From positions 37,073 through 101,072 of the forward strand of contig CANQLW010000001.1 of assembly GCA_947624805.1 (NCBI GenBank): a DNA stretch of 64,000 nt, given 5' to 3'. This document shows, piece by piece, positions 7,413 through 17,069 of this stretch. The notes under the pieces were generated by a model. It was not told the origin of the DNA. It searched no databases and saw only the letters and a program-made list of their open reading frames with translations. The stretch is from an uncultured Clostridia bacterium. Its GTDB lineage: Bacteria > Bacillota > Clostridia > Christensenellales > Borkfalkiaceae. The first letter of the stretch is position 1, and each line of letters begins with the position of its first letter. The position numbers were made by a program, and so were the translations under genes.

Positions 7413-10214
7413 TTATTTTGAGAGTTTATAGCGTTTTAACAGGATCGTCTCGTTCAACAGGTCCGTTGTGTGTTTATAGATGACTTCCGTGCCTGCGGCG
7501 TCGATGCTCTGCGTCTCGGCTTCGAGGGTGATGAGTTCCCCCGCCCGCTTGACGACGTCCATGCGCGGCGATTCCTTCTTTTTGGCCTTCCAGAGCTCGG
7601 TCATGGGCGTATCGAGCATCGGGAGGATATTCGCCCGCTCGCCCGCGTTCGCCGATTGCAGACGGTCGCAGAGGGAGGTGATTCTCAGGCGGAGGATCTG
7701 GATATACAGCCCGCGGCTGATCTCGAAGTCCCATGCCTTGAATTCGGAATAGTTCGAGCGTCCCCCGTCCTTTCCGTCCGTATTCTTTCTCAGAAGGGTA
7801 ATGAGAAGAGAGAGCCTGTCGAGCGCGTCGATGTCCTCCCGCCCGTGAAGAAGGATGCGGTCGAGCCAGACGTCAAGCTCCATGTCCTCCGTGCTCCTTC
7901 TCATCTCATAAATTGCCTGCCTGAGCGGGAAAATCTCCGCGCTGAGGGCGGTCCTGATCGCGTCATAGTCCCCGCCACCGATGATCGCTGCTACGGCGCT
8001 GAACCGCTGGGGATCTGAGACCGTCATACGGGCGAACTCCGTGACGAGCTCCTTGATGGAGGGGAAATTCTCGTTGCTGTCGAGAATGCAGGCATGGAGA
8101 CGGAGGAAGCTGTCCCTGTGCTTTCTGTTCACATAATAGAGATCCTTTGCCTCCGCCAAGGGGGTAAATGCCATGGAGGCAAACTCCTTGGCAGACGGGC
8201 AGCGGAACCCGCACGAGCGCATATAGGCGAGCCAGCGGCGGTGTTCGAGCCAGTAGAGCTGCCGCCTCGCCTCCTCCTGTTCCTCATCCTTGGAGGGATG
8301 GGAGACCATGTCGAAGAGGCTCTTCGCGTGCCCCTCGAAATATCCCCTGCTGAAGAATTTATAGGGGGTATGCAGGGCGACGGCGACGGATGCCTGCCAG
8401 TCGTCATCATTGAAGAACTGCCCTCTGCCCGAGGGCCCGTCGAGAAGATCGGCGCCGTTCGCGCTGTCGTGGATGCGGTGGGCCTCCGCCGCGCGCAGCT
8501 CGATCCCGTACATCCTGACGCTCGCATAGGAGAAACATTGCCCCATCGTGCTGAACGGTTTGAGGATGCACCACTTGCTGTGCACACTGCTGCGGCGCTC
8601 CCTGAGCACATCATAGAGATCGTCGTCCTCAATGGCGAAGTCGACGATCGCGGGGGGAACGTCCTCGGTGTTGCCGTACCGCTCCGTGAGCTTCCGCTCG
8701 ATCCAGAGCGCGGCCTCGTAGTTGATCTGATCGCCGCCGAAGGCGACGAGAAACCTCTGGGCGGGGAGGGAGTCTGGACTGAGCATCCGCTTGCTGAAAT
8801 CCTCTTCGAAATCCCGCGAGGGGAAGTCTGCACGGATGAACTCGCAGCTGCAATCCTTGCCGAGCATCCCGTTCGTCTCTACCCTGAGTTCGCCCTCGAG
8901 CTGTTTTGCATTCTGTGCATAGACGAGGATCTCGACCTTCTCCGCCGTGCAGGGCGCCTGCCCCGCGCTCATCTTATAGCACCATGCAGCCGCCTTGATG
9001 TATTCCTTTGCGATACGGCCGCCGCCGAGGATGACGATACGGATCGTATGGGCGGAGCGGACGAGTGCGCTCTTTCCGAAATACCCCTGCCAGACGCGGT
9101 CGAGGTCTTCGCCGTCGGGGCGTTCGTCGCCGGGGGCGGAGATCGCCGCCAGTTTGTCGAGCAGGACGCTGCCGTCGATCATGCCGTACACGACATTTCT
9201 GTACTCATTGACGCACTTGACGAAGAGCGGGGCGTTTTCGAAGGTACGGAGCAGGGAGGCCTTGGCGGCATGGATGAGGGCTGAGGATTCCCCCTTCTGC
9301 ACAAAGGCGTAGAGCTCCATGCCCCCTGCATGGCGGGCAAAGGCCTTGGGATTCCCGTTCACCTTCCGCCCCGCCGCGGGCAGCCAGAGCTTGCATTTTT
9401 CGGCGGAGAGGAGGGAGATCGCCGTCGTGACGTTGCTCTCCTCCCTGCTGTCGATGAGAAAATAGATGATCCGTTTGGAGAATCTGAACAGCCAGTGGAA
9501 GGGATGTTCGAGGATGTCGTCCTTGATACAGATCGCGCCGATGCGCTGTGCACGCATCATGAGCTCGGAATTGTTCTCCGAGCGGTCGTCCGAATAGGCG
9601 TCCGTGAAGACGATGCACGCGCTTTTGAGCCATTTCTCCTCATTGGGATCGATGAGCCCGTCCGTCTCCCCTTCCGCGCCCCCGCGCTGCTTTCTGAGCA
9701 GCCATGAACGCCTTGCGATGTCCTCTGCGAGCACGATAGAGCGCTCGTTGAGCTCCGAAAAGACATATTTTGTCTTATGGAGATCGAAGAAGAGGCGGAG
9801 CCGCGGAAAGAAGGAGAAGAGGAGCTGTCCGATGAAGCAGGCGCCCGCGATCGGGGCGAGCAGCGAGAAGACGGACATGAGGGCGAGGAAGAGTCCCGAG
9901 CCGATCGCATTGGCAAACGCCGTCTGTGCCTTTGCCGCGATCTCCGTATAGCCTGCGTCGAGGCTGAAAAATTGCAGGGTAGTGGAGAAGATCTCGACGG
10001 TCTTCTCCCCGAGGGACCCCTCCCCCACGCCGATGACATAGGCGATCTCCATCAAAAAGACGGAGCCGATGAGACTGGCGGCGAAGATATAGCCGCGGCG
10101 CAGTCTCCACTTGGACATCCAGTGATAACGGAGAAAGAGCGCCACGGTCCCGATGAGAAAGACGAGCGCGGAAAGACACAAGAAAATATTCGCGATGATA
10201 TGAGAAAGATCCAT
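7413..10214 (-). CDS. Large membrane protein: N-terminal TM bundle, Rossmann-like (TrkA-N-like) segment, divergent RyR-like C-terminal segment
   Basis: 933 aa. The first ~140 aa contain about 4 hydrophobic helices. IRIVILGGGRIAKEY is a GxGxxG/A-type motif. LYWLEHRRWLAYMRSCGF...KHRDSFLRLHACIL resembles a degenerate RyR repeat. Confidence 0.65.
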   Translation of the reverse strand: MDLSHIIANIFLCLSALVFLIGTVALFLRYHWMSKWRLRRGYIFAASLIGSVFLMEIAYVIGVGEGSLGEKTVEIFSTTLQFFSLDAGYTEIAAKAQTAFANAIGSGLFLALMSVFSLLAPIAGACFIGQLLFSFFPRLRLFFDLHKTKYVFSELNERSIVLAEDIARRSWLLRKQRGGAEGETDGLIDPNEEKWLKSACIVFTDAYSDDRSENNSELMMRAQRIGAICIKDDILEHPFHWLFRFSKRIIYFLIDSREESNVTTAISLLSAEKCKLWLPAAGRKVNGNPKAFARHAGGMELYAFVQKGESSALIHAAKASLLRTFENAPLFVKCVNEYRNVVYGMIDGSVLLDKLAAISAPGDERPDGEDLDRVWQGYFGKSALVRSAHTIRIVILGGGRIAKEYIKAAAWCYKMSAGQAPCTAEKVEILVYAQNAKQLEGELRVETNGMLGKDCSCEFIRADFPSRDFEEDFSKRMLSPDSLPAQRFLVAFGGDQINYEAALWIERKLTERYGNTEDVPPAIVDFAIEDDDLYDVLRERRSSVHSKWCILKPFSTMGQCFSYASVRMYGIELRAAEAHRIHDSANGADLLDGPSGRGQFFNDDDWQASVAVALHTPYKFFSRGYFEGHAKSLFDMVSHPSKDEEQEEARRQLYWLEHRRWLAYMRSCGFRCPSAKEFASMAFTPLAEAKDLYYVNRKHRDSFLRLHACILDSNENFPSIKELVTEFARMTVSDPQRFSAVAAIIGGGDYDAIRTALSAEIFPLRQAIYEMRRSTEDMELDVWLDRILLHGREDIDALDRLSLLITLLRKNTDGKDGGRSNYSEFKAWDFEISRGLYIQILRLRITSLCDRLQSANAGERANILPMLDTPMTELWKAKKKESPRMDVVKRAGELITLEAETQSIDAAGTEVIYKHTTDLLNETILLKRYKLSK

Positions 10215-10326
10215 CCCGATTCCTCTTTTGTTGGCTTCTTTTCAGTATAGCGCAAAGTACGGGATTTGTCAAGGTCATGCCGCGCATTTCCTGCAATGCA
10301 CATCAAAAGCCGTTGCTTTTTCGCCG

Positions 10327-10520
10327 CGTCATCCTGAGGCGAAGCCCGCGCGCATTCTATTGCACGAAGTGCGGCACAAGGCGCGTCAGCGACAAAGTAA
10401 GGATCCCGAAGATCGAAATTCGTTCTTCGGGATCCTTCGAAACTTGCTCATCGAACGTTGTTCTTTTTCACTGTCTCAGGATGACGCGGGGCGCGCGGCG
10501 GGATGACGCGGGGCGCGCGG
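10327..10520. repeat. TIR-bounded MITE/REP-like unit plus 22-bp tandem duplication (family copy R2)
   Basis: cgtcatcctgag (10327-10338) and ctcaggatgacg (10475-10486) are perfect inverted repeats. An internal 12-bp-stem hairpin pairs ggatcccgaaga (10401-10412) with tcttcgggatcc (10424-10435). ggatgacgcggggcgcgcgg occurs twice (10479-10498, 10501-10520). Confidence 0.75.
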
Positions 10521-10544
10521 GACAGGAAGGCGCAAATAAGGTTG

Positions 10545-10940
10545 TCAGAGCGTGTAATACAGGGCGAGGAAGACGCCTGCGAGGGCGATAAAACACAGGC
10601 CGACGATGAGGAGGAAGGCGAGCGAGCGCTTCGTCCCCTTCTTTGCCTCGCGGTATTCATAGAAATCCTTGTATTTGCGCTCGAGGTTCTTGCGGAACAG
10701 GCTGAAAAACAGGACCATGGAAAAGGCGAGCATATCGAATACGCCGCCGTTCCCCGCAAAGATGATGAGCCCGACGCAGGTGAGGATGATGCCCGAGACG
10801 AAGAACGCATCGGAGAGGATCGCCATCACCTGAACGGCCCTCTCCTCCGCAAAGATCCCCCGCGCGCCCATGACGGCGAGCGATATCCCCGCACCGATGA
10901 GGATCGCGATCAGGTATTTGAGCAGAGTCGGCTTTTTCAT
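10545..10940 (-). CDS. Small integral membrane protein (DUF3899-like)
   Basis: 131 aa with 4 hydrophobic segments and a central charged loop FRKNLERKYKDFYEYREAKKG. A 4-nt overlap with the upstream ABC ATPase gene implies co-transcription. Confidence 0.6.
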   Translation of the reverse strand: MKKPTLLKYLIAILIGAGISLAVMGARGIFAEERAVQVMAILSDAFFVSGIILTCVGLIIFAGNGGVFDMLAFSMVLFFSLFRKNLERKYKDFYEYREAKKGTKRSLAFLLIVGLCFIALAGVFLALYYTL

Positions 10941-12184
10941 GCAAGCTCCGCTTTATAGCGTTCGAACTCCACATCGTTGCAGTACACGAAATGCCCTTCC
11001 GAGACTTCCCGCATGGACGGGCGGTCGACGGAGTAGTCATGCTCTGCGATGGGGTTATAGACGATCCTCGTGCGGCCGCGCTCATAGACGGGGTCAGGCA
11101 GCGGGATCGCCGACAGCAGCGACCGCGTATAGGGATGCAACGGGTGGGCGAAGAGCTCATCCGAGGGCGCGAGTTCCACGAGTTTCCCGAAGTACATGAC
11201 ACCGATACGGTCGGAAAAGTACTTGACGACGGAGAGGTCGTGCGCGATGAAGAGGATGGTGAGCCCCAGCTCGTGCCTTAAATCGTTGAGCAAGTTGATG
11301 ACCTGCGCCTGAATGGAGACGTCGAGCGCGGAGATGGGTTCGTCCGCGATGATGAGCTCGGGGTTCAGGATGATCGCCCTTGCGATGCCGATCCTCTGCC
11401 GCTGGCCGCCCGAGAACTCGTGCGGGTATCTGTTCGCATGATCGGGAACGAGCCCGACGAGATCGAGCATCCTGAAGACCTGTTCCTCGATGTACTTCTT
11501 ATCCTTGACGCCGCGGATGACGAGCCCCTCGGAGATGATCTCGCGCACGGTCATGCGGGGATCGAGCGAGGCGATCGGGTCCTGAAAGATCATCTGGATC
11601 CTGTTCATGATGCGGTCTTTGCCCGCGAGGCGGACGGCTTCCCGCTCCTCCTTTTCAAGGGCGGCGAGCTTGTCGGGATCTGTCTCCCCCGCTCTCTTCT
11701 CCGCAAAACTTTGGCGGACCTTCTCCACCTGCGCCTTGGCAAATTTTTTGTTGCAGTTCCTGTGATCGTCGACGGCGCTCCGAATGTTTGCGGACTGCTC
11801 CGCCATCACGCGGTGGAGCTCCTCCTCCGCTTGTTTGAGGCGGGCGGTGCATTCTTCCTCATCGCCGCCCGATTTGCGGAGCGCTTCGACCTCCTGTTTT
11901 TCCTTTCTGTAAGCGGCCTTTGCGGCGCGGACGGCGTCCTTATAGGTACGTGTCCCCGCGCAGATCCGCTGTCCGTCGAAGTAGATGCTCCCGCCCGTGA
12001 TGTCATAGAGGCGGATGATCGAGCGTCCCGTCGTCGTCTTGCCGCAGCCCGATTCGCCGACGAGCCCGAAGACTTCGCCGCGCCTGACGTCGAAGCTGAC
12101 GTCGTCCACGGCCTTGAGTTCCCCCCTGCCCATTTTGAAATACTGGCAGAGATGATCGACTTTCAGGATGATGTCATCATTCAT
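10937..12184 (-). CDS. Oligopeptide/dipeptide-type ABC transporter ATP-binding protein (OppF-like) with a coiled-coil insertion
   Basis: Walker A is GESGCGKTT, the Q-loop is [14 protein letters not shown], the signature is [14 protein letters not shown] and Walker B is [12 protein letters not shown]. An approx. 130-aa charged insertion lies between Walker A and the Q-loop. Confidence 0.9.
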   Translation of the reverse strand: MNDDIILKVDHLCQYFKMGRGELKAVDDVSFDVRRGEVFGLVGESGCGKTTTGRSIIRLYDITGGSIYFDGQRICAGTRTYKDAVRAAKAAYRKEKQEVEALRKSGGDEEECTARLKQAEEELHRVMAEQSANIRSAVDDHRNCNKKFAKAQVEKVRQSFAEKRAGETDPDKLAALEKEEREAVRLAGKDRIMNRIQMIFQDPIASLDPRMTVREIISEGLVIRGVKDKKYIEEQVFRMLDLVGLVPDHANRYPHEFSGGQRQRIGIARAIILNPELIIADEPISALDVSIQAQVINLLNDLRHELGLTILFIAHDLSVVKYFSDRIGVMYFGKLVELAPSDELFAHPLHPYTRSLLSAIPLPDPVYERGRTRIVYNPIAEHDYSVDRPSMREVSEGHFVYCNDVEFERYKAELA

Positions 12185-14399
12185 GGGGCGTCTCCTCCTT
12201 TGCCGCCGCGGCGGCTTTCATACGGGCGATCCGTTCGGTGACCGCCTTGGGCGGGTCGACCTTGGGCGCGTCGGGGTGCAACAGCCACGTCGCCGCGCTG
12301 TGCGTCTCGGAGATACGGAACATGGGCGGCTGCATCTCGAAATCGATCTTGAGCGCATACTTGTTGCGCTCGGCAAAGGCGTCCCCCTTGGGGGGATAGA
12401 TCATATTGGGCGGAGTGCCCGGGATCGCCTCGAGCTTCTCCTTGGTGTCGAGGTCGGGCATCGAGGAGAGGAGCGCCCATGTATAAGGATGGGCGGGCGA
12501 ATAGAAGATATCTTCCGCCGTGCCGATCTCGACGATCTTCCCCGCATACATGACGGCGACCCTGTCCGCCATGTTGGCAACGACGCCGAGGTTGTGCGTG
12601 ATGAAGATGACGGAGAGATTTCTCTGTTGCTTGATCCTGTTGATGAGTTCGAGGATCTGGGACTGGATGGTCACGTCGAGCGCGGTCGTCGGCTCGTCGC
12701 AGATGAGGATGTCGGGATTGGCCGAGAGTGCGATCGCGATGACGATACGCTGGCGCATTCCGCCCGAGAGCTCGAAGGGGTATTGATAGTAACGCTTTCT
12801 CGGCTCGGGGATGCCGACCTCGTCCATGAGTTTGAGGGCACGGAGTTTGGCCATGCTCTTTGTCACCTTATAGACGACGCCAGATGCCTTCTCCTTGAGA
12901 TAATCGATGAGCGCGTTCGCCTTCTTGGGGAAATCCGTCTCGGTATCGGCGATCTTGCCCTCGAAATCCGCCGTCACGCGGTCGAGCAGGTTCAGGATCT
13001 CCTCTCTGGCGTTCTGCAGGTCGACGAGATCCTTTTCCGCCACGCTGTAACCGGGCGTCTTGCCCTTGGCGACGAGGGCGTCATACTTCGCCTTCTGGCG
13101 GGCGTAACGCTTCTCCTCGCGGACGTTGCGGACGCCGCCGTCGAAATACTGCTCCACCGCCGCCGCGAAGCTCGTGGGGAAAGTGTAAGCGAGGTTATCC
13201 ATGATGATCTCGAGGCGGTCGATCCCGTCCGTCACTGCCTTGGAAAGGGACTTGACGGCGGCAAGGCACGCCTTTTTGTCGAGCGTCTCCGCTTCGAATA
13301 CGCCGCGGAGCCTTTGGATCTCCGCACAGGCGGCAGATTTCCTCGCACACGCCTCGCCGCGGGAATAGCGCAGCGCCTGCTCCGCCCGCCCGATGAAGGC
13401 GTACATGAAGTGCTCGCCGAGATAGTTATGGAGATACTCGTTGAGCTCCTCCACCCCGAGATCGGGCAGGGGCTCTCCCGAGAAGGTGTAAAAGTACCCC
13501 ATCGCGAAGAAGTTGGGCTTGGGCAGAGCGACCGCCTCCGACAGGATCTCCGCGATCGCGGAAAGTTTTTGGGAGAGCGCCGCAAAATCGAACATCTCCA
13601 CCTTTTCCCGCCCCGTAAGGGAGGAGAAAAAGGCGCCGAGCTTCTTTTTGAAGGGCTGTTTTAAGAGCTGTCTCGCCTCCCTGATGAGCGATTTGAGCTC
13701 CTCCGCACGGGCGCTGACGACATAGGTATCGAAACTGTCCCCCGCACGGCCGAGCGCGGCACGGATGTCGTGTCCGACGTCCTTATATGCCTCCTTTTCG
13801 ATCCGGAAGAGGATGTCCCCGATGTCGGAGAGGGCGTCCTCCGCCGCCTCTTTGGCACGGTTATATGCCTGTTCGAGGGCGATATGTTTGAACTCGAAGC
13901 GGTCGAAATCCTCGCAGAGCCGCTTATTCTCTGCGGCGGCCTCCGCGCCAAATGCGCCGTCCATGGCGGCGTTTAAGAGCTTGAGCGTCGCGTTGAAGTC
14001 CCGCCGCGCGTTCTTCTGGCTGACTCTGCCCTTGATGAGCATCGCCTCGGTCATCTGCTTGCCGATCCGCATGATCGGGTTGAGGGAAGAGAGCGGGTCC
14101 TGAAAGATCATCGCAATCTTGTCCCCGCGGATACGGTGGAATTCCTCCTCGGAGATCTTCATGAGATCCTGCCCGCCGTAGACAATCTCCCCGCCCTCTT
14201 TGATGGCATTCCCCGCGAGGATGCCCATGACGGCACGGTTGGTGACAGATTTCCCCGAGCCGCTCTCGCCGACGATCGCGAGCGTCTCCCCCTTGTAGAG
14301 CTTGAAGGAGATGTCCCGCACCGCCTGCACCTTCCCCGCGTCCGTGCGGAAGGAAATTTTGAGGTTGTTGACTTCGAGCTTGATTTCTTTCTCTTCCAT
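12177..14399 (-). CDS. Oligopeptide/dipeptide-type ABC transporter ATP-binding protein (OppD-like) with a very large insertion
   Basis: Walker A is GESGSGKSV, then IAMIFQDP. The signature LSGGMRQRIVIAIAL and Walker B ILICDEPTTALD follow about 400 aa later. The start was reassigned to the ATG at 14399 (MEEKEIKLEV), 1 nt after the permease stop. Confidence 0.9.
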   Translation of the reverse strand: MEEKEIKLEVNNLKISFRTDAGKVQAVRDISFKLYKGETLAIVGESGSGKSVTNRAVMGILAGNAIKEGGEIVYGGQDLMKISEEEFHRIRGDKIAMIFQDPLSSLNPIMRIGKQMTEAMLIKGRVSQKNARRDFNATLKLLNAAMDGAFGAEAAAENKRLCEDFDRFEFKHIALEQAYNRAKEAAEDALSDIGDILFRIEKEAYKDVGHDIRAALGRAGDSFDTYVVSARAEELKSLIREARQLLKQPFKKKLGAFFSSLTGREKVEMFDFAALSQKLSAIAEILSEAVALPKPNFFAMGYFYTFSGEPLPDLGVEELNEYLHNYLGEHFMYAFIGRAEQALRYSRGEACARKSAACAEIQRLRGVFEAETLDKKACLAAVKSLSKAVTDGIDRLEIIMDNLAYTFPTSFAAAVEQYFDGGVRNVREEKRYARQKAKYDALVAKGKTPGYSVAEKDLVDLQNAREEILNLLDRVTADFEGKIADTETDFPKKANALIDYLKEKASGVVYKVTKSMAKLRALKLMDEVGIPEPRKRYYQYPFELSGGMRQRIVIAIALSANPDILICDEPTTALDVTIQSQILELINRIKQQRNLSVIFITHNLGVVANMADRVAVMYAGKIVEIGTAEDIFYSPAHPYTWALLSSMPDLDTKEKLEAIPGTPPNMIYPPKGDAFAERNKYALKIDFEMQPPMFRISETHSAATWLLHPDAPKVDPPKAVTERIARMKAAAAAKEETPHE

Positions 14400-14400
14400 A

Positions 14401-15963
14401 TCAGCCCTCCGTCCCGCGCAGGGTGGGATTGAACGCGTCCCTGAGTCCATTGCCGAACAGGTTGAAGCTCAGCATCAGAAGGATGAGGAACACCGACGGG
14501 AACATCGTGATGAACGGCGCCGTGGTGAGCGCACTCTGCCCCGCGGCGATGAGCGTCCCGACGCTCGTGATATTGCCCGTGGACAGATTGATGATGCCGA
14601 GGTAGCTCAGACTCGTCTCCGAGTAGATCATGCTCGGAATGATGAGCGCACAGCCCGTGATGAGCGTCCCGATTGCATTGGGGAAGATGTGTTTCCAGAT
14701 GACCCGCCTGTCCTTTGCGCCGAGCGTACGGGCGGCGAGGACATATTCCTGATTCTTGAAGCGGTAGAACTGCATACGCGTGCTCGACGCCATGCCGATC
14801 CACCCCGTCAGGAAGAAGGATATAAACAGGACGAGGATCTGGCTCGAACCGCCCATATGGAGCTTTAAGAGGGTGATGATAATCATCGTCGGCACCGCGC
14901 TCAAAATATCCGAAATACGCTCCATGACGAGGTCGATCTTCCCGCCGTAATATCCCTCGATCGCGCCGTAGATCGCGCCGACGACGAGATTGACGACGGC
15001 GACGGCGATTGCAAAGAGGAAGGAGAAGCGGGCGCCCGAAGAGAGGCAGGTGAGGATGTCCTGACCCGAACCCGTCGTTCCGAAGACAAAATAGGGCTCG
15101 GTGATGCCGTCCTTCAGAATCTGCGTGTGGTTATAGATGTAGTATTCGTAATAGTTGATACGGCACTCGACGCCCGAAGAGGTACGGCGGGCATAGCTGT
15201 ACCATACCGTCTCGCCGTCTTCATTCAGGAAGCCGTCTTCCCCCTCGATACGGAGGGAATGATATCCGTTGTCGCTCTCACCCTTGACGGTCGTAGTCGC
15301 GTAAACGGGGATGACGTTGCCGTTTTCGTCCGTCTCGATCTTTGTCTTGTTGGAGCCAGACGTCTTGAAATAATAATTGGCGTCGTTCGTGTTCTGCTGG
15401 GCGGCGGGACGGTTCTTGACGGGGACCATCGGATAGATGACCTGCCTTTGATATTCCGTCTGATACTGCTGCAGCGACTCATACTCCTCCCGTGAGAAGT
15501 TTTTGTAGATCATGCCGTTCCTCTGGTAGGAGTCGAGGCGGAACGTATAGAGCAGCGTCCCGTCTTTATAGGTCGTGGTATATTCCTGATTCTTGACGGC
15601 GTTGTGCCCCGTCTCCTGCCCCATGGCATAATAATACAGGAAGGACGTGGCGCCGTATTGCTTTTCCTCACAGCCGTCCCAGAACGAAGTGTTTTCGAAA
15701 AGATGCGACTTGGGGAGCGTCGTCGTGAAGTAGGAATCCTGATAAGCGACGCTGTACTGCGTACAGTAGGGCGTGATGAGGGCAAACAGGACGAGGATGA
15801 CAATGATAATCGCCCCCGCGACGGAGCCCTTGTTCTTGCAGAAGCGCGAAAACGCGTCGTGCAGGGAGGAACGTGGCTTCGTCTGCAGGGATTTGTCGTG
15901 TGTGACGTCCTGCGTTGCCGCGAATTCGAATTTTTCCTTGGGGATGACGATTTTCTCTTCCAT
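14401..15963 (-). CDS. ABC transporter permease (OppC-like) with a large extracytoplasmic insertion
   Basis: 520 aa. The C-terminal half has the BPD-transporter permease pattern (EAA-like loop ...YVLAARTLGAKDRRVIWKHIFPN). An approx. 230-aa hydrophilic loop follows TM1. Confidence 0.85.
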   Translation of the reverse strand: MEEKIVIPKEKFEFAATQDVTHDKSLQTKPRSSLHDAFSRFCKNKGSVAGAIIIVILVLFALITPYCTQYSVAYQDSYFTTTLPKSHLFENTSFWDGCEEKQYGATSFLYYYAMGQETGHNAVKNQEYTTTYKDGTLLYTFRLDSYQRNGMIYKNFSREEYESLQQYQTEYQRQVIYPMVPVKNRPAAQQNTNDANYYFKTSGSNKTKIETDENGNVIPVYATTTVKGESDNGYHSLRIEGEDGFLNEDGETVWYSYARRTSSGVECRINYYEYYIYNHTQILKDGITEPYFVFGTTGSGQDILTCLSSGARFSFLFAIAVAVVNLVVGAIYGAIEGYYGGKIDLVMERISDILSAVPTMIIITLLKLHMGGSSQILVLFISFFLTGWIGMASSTRMQFYRFKNQEYVLAARTLGAKDRRVIWKHIFPNAIGTLITGCALIIPSMIYSETSLSYLGIINLSTGNITSVGTLIAAGQSALTTAPFITMFPSVFLILLMLSFNLFGNGLRDAFNPTLRGTEG

Positions 15964-16982
15964 TATTTTGCCCCCATTCTGATCCTCGGGTCGATGAACC
16001 CGTAGGAGATGTCAACGACGATCCCCGCCGCCAGCCCGACGAGAGTATAGAACCCCGAGAGCAACATGAAGAAATCGTAGTCCTGATAGGTGATGGAGTC
16101 GAGATACAGCCCGCCGACGCCGGGGATGGAGAACATCGCCTCGATGATCAGAGACCCTGACAGCACTGCGACAAACTCGGAGAGAATGGACGGGAAGATC
16201 GGCACCATGGAGTTGCGGAGCGCATGGCGGATCGTCGCCTGTCCGCGCGTCAGTCCCTTGGTGCGTGCGAGCAGCATATAGTCGCCCGTGAGCACTTCGG
16301 AAAGCTCCGCCCGCGTGAAGCGCGTATAGCCCGCGATCGAACCGAGACAGAGCGAGAACACGGCAGGGAGCATACTCCTGAACATCGACCATGAGAAGTA
16401 ATCATACCCCGAATCCATCGTCAACGGAAACCATCCGAGCCTGAAACAAAAGACATACTGGATGACGAGCCCGAGGACCATGGACGGAAGGGAGATAAGC
16501 AGGATGACGATGACGTTGATGACCTGATCCTCCCACTTGTTCTTTTTGAGCGCGGCAAAGATGCCGAGCCCGAGCCCGATCGGCACGCCGATAATCGTCG
16601 AATAGATATTGATGAGGATCGTGGGCGGGAGTTTCTCCAAAAATACATCCCAGACGGGCTGGTTGCGGTACTCGGGAAGCGCAACGCCGACGCCGAAATC
16701 GCCGTAACGGAAGATACGCATGAGGTAGATCCCGAGCTGTTGCATGATCGGCACATAGTCGAATCCGACGACGTGCTGGGAACTCCCCGTCCCCTCAATG
16801 ACCAGATTACAGATGTAGCCGCGCGCCTCGAGCTGCCGATATGTGATCATCGCATCCTGTCCCTGAACGACGGGCACAACGATCGGAAGCAGCTTGATGA
16901 GGACAAAGCACATGACCATGATGACCGCAAAGGTCATGATCATGAGCCCGAGCCGCTTCATCACATACTTGAACATATACAT
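15963..16982 (-). CDS. ABC transporter permease (OppB-like)
   Basis: The EAA loop is YMLLARTKGLTRGQATIRHALRNS. The start was reassigned to the ATG at 16982 (MYMFKYVMKRLG), preceded by gaaggtga. Confidence 0.85.
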   Translation of the reverse strand: MYMFKYVMKRLGLMIMTFAVIMVMCFVLIKLLPIVVPVVQGQDAMITYRQLEARGYICNLVIEGTGSSQHVVGFDYVPIMQQLGIYLMRIFRYGDFGVGVALPEYRNQPVWDVFLEKLPPTILINIYSTIIGVPIGLGLGIFAALKKNKWEDQVINVIVILLISLPSMVLGLVIQYVFCFRLGWFPLTMDSGYDYFSWSMFRSMLPAVFSLCLGSIAGYTRFTRAELSEVLTGDYMLLARTKGLTRGQATIRHALRNSMVPIFPSILSEFVAVLSGSLIIEAMFSIPGVGGLYLDSITYQDYDFFMLLSGFYTLVGLAAGIVVDISYGFIDPRIRMGAK

Positions 16983-17004
16983 AGCATTCACCTTCTGAAT
17001 GTTT

Positions 17005-17044
17005 TCAAAAAAGAACATATGGGGGCGAAATTACTTCCGCCCCC
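17005..17044 (-). terminator. Intercistronic hairpin/attenuator between the binding-protein and permease genes
   Basis: gggggcg...cgccccc stem at 17021-17044, followed on the minus strand by atatgttctttttt. Confidence 0.5.
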
Positions 17045-17069
17045 AAATAATTCTCTTGGGACTGAAACC

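Larger units (their letters stand above)
230..10530 (-). mobile_element. Putative integrated accessory/mobilisable island (recombinase, helicase-nuclease, T4CP-like ATPase, XRE, RyR pair)
   Basis: Eight co-oriented minus-strand genes end in a tyrosine recombinase. Related mosaic repeats in opposite orientation flank them (about 389-456 and 10328-10376). Exact att sites were not identified. Confidence 0.4.

Noticed and set aside
492-10214. Prophage or complete conjugative element
   Set aside because: There are no capsid, terminase, tail, relaxase or T4SS channel genes. Only a recombinase, a helicase-nuclease and a T4CP-like ATPase are present, so at most it is a mobilisable or defence island.
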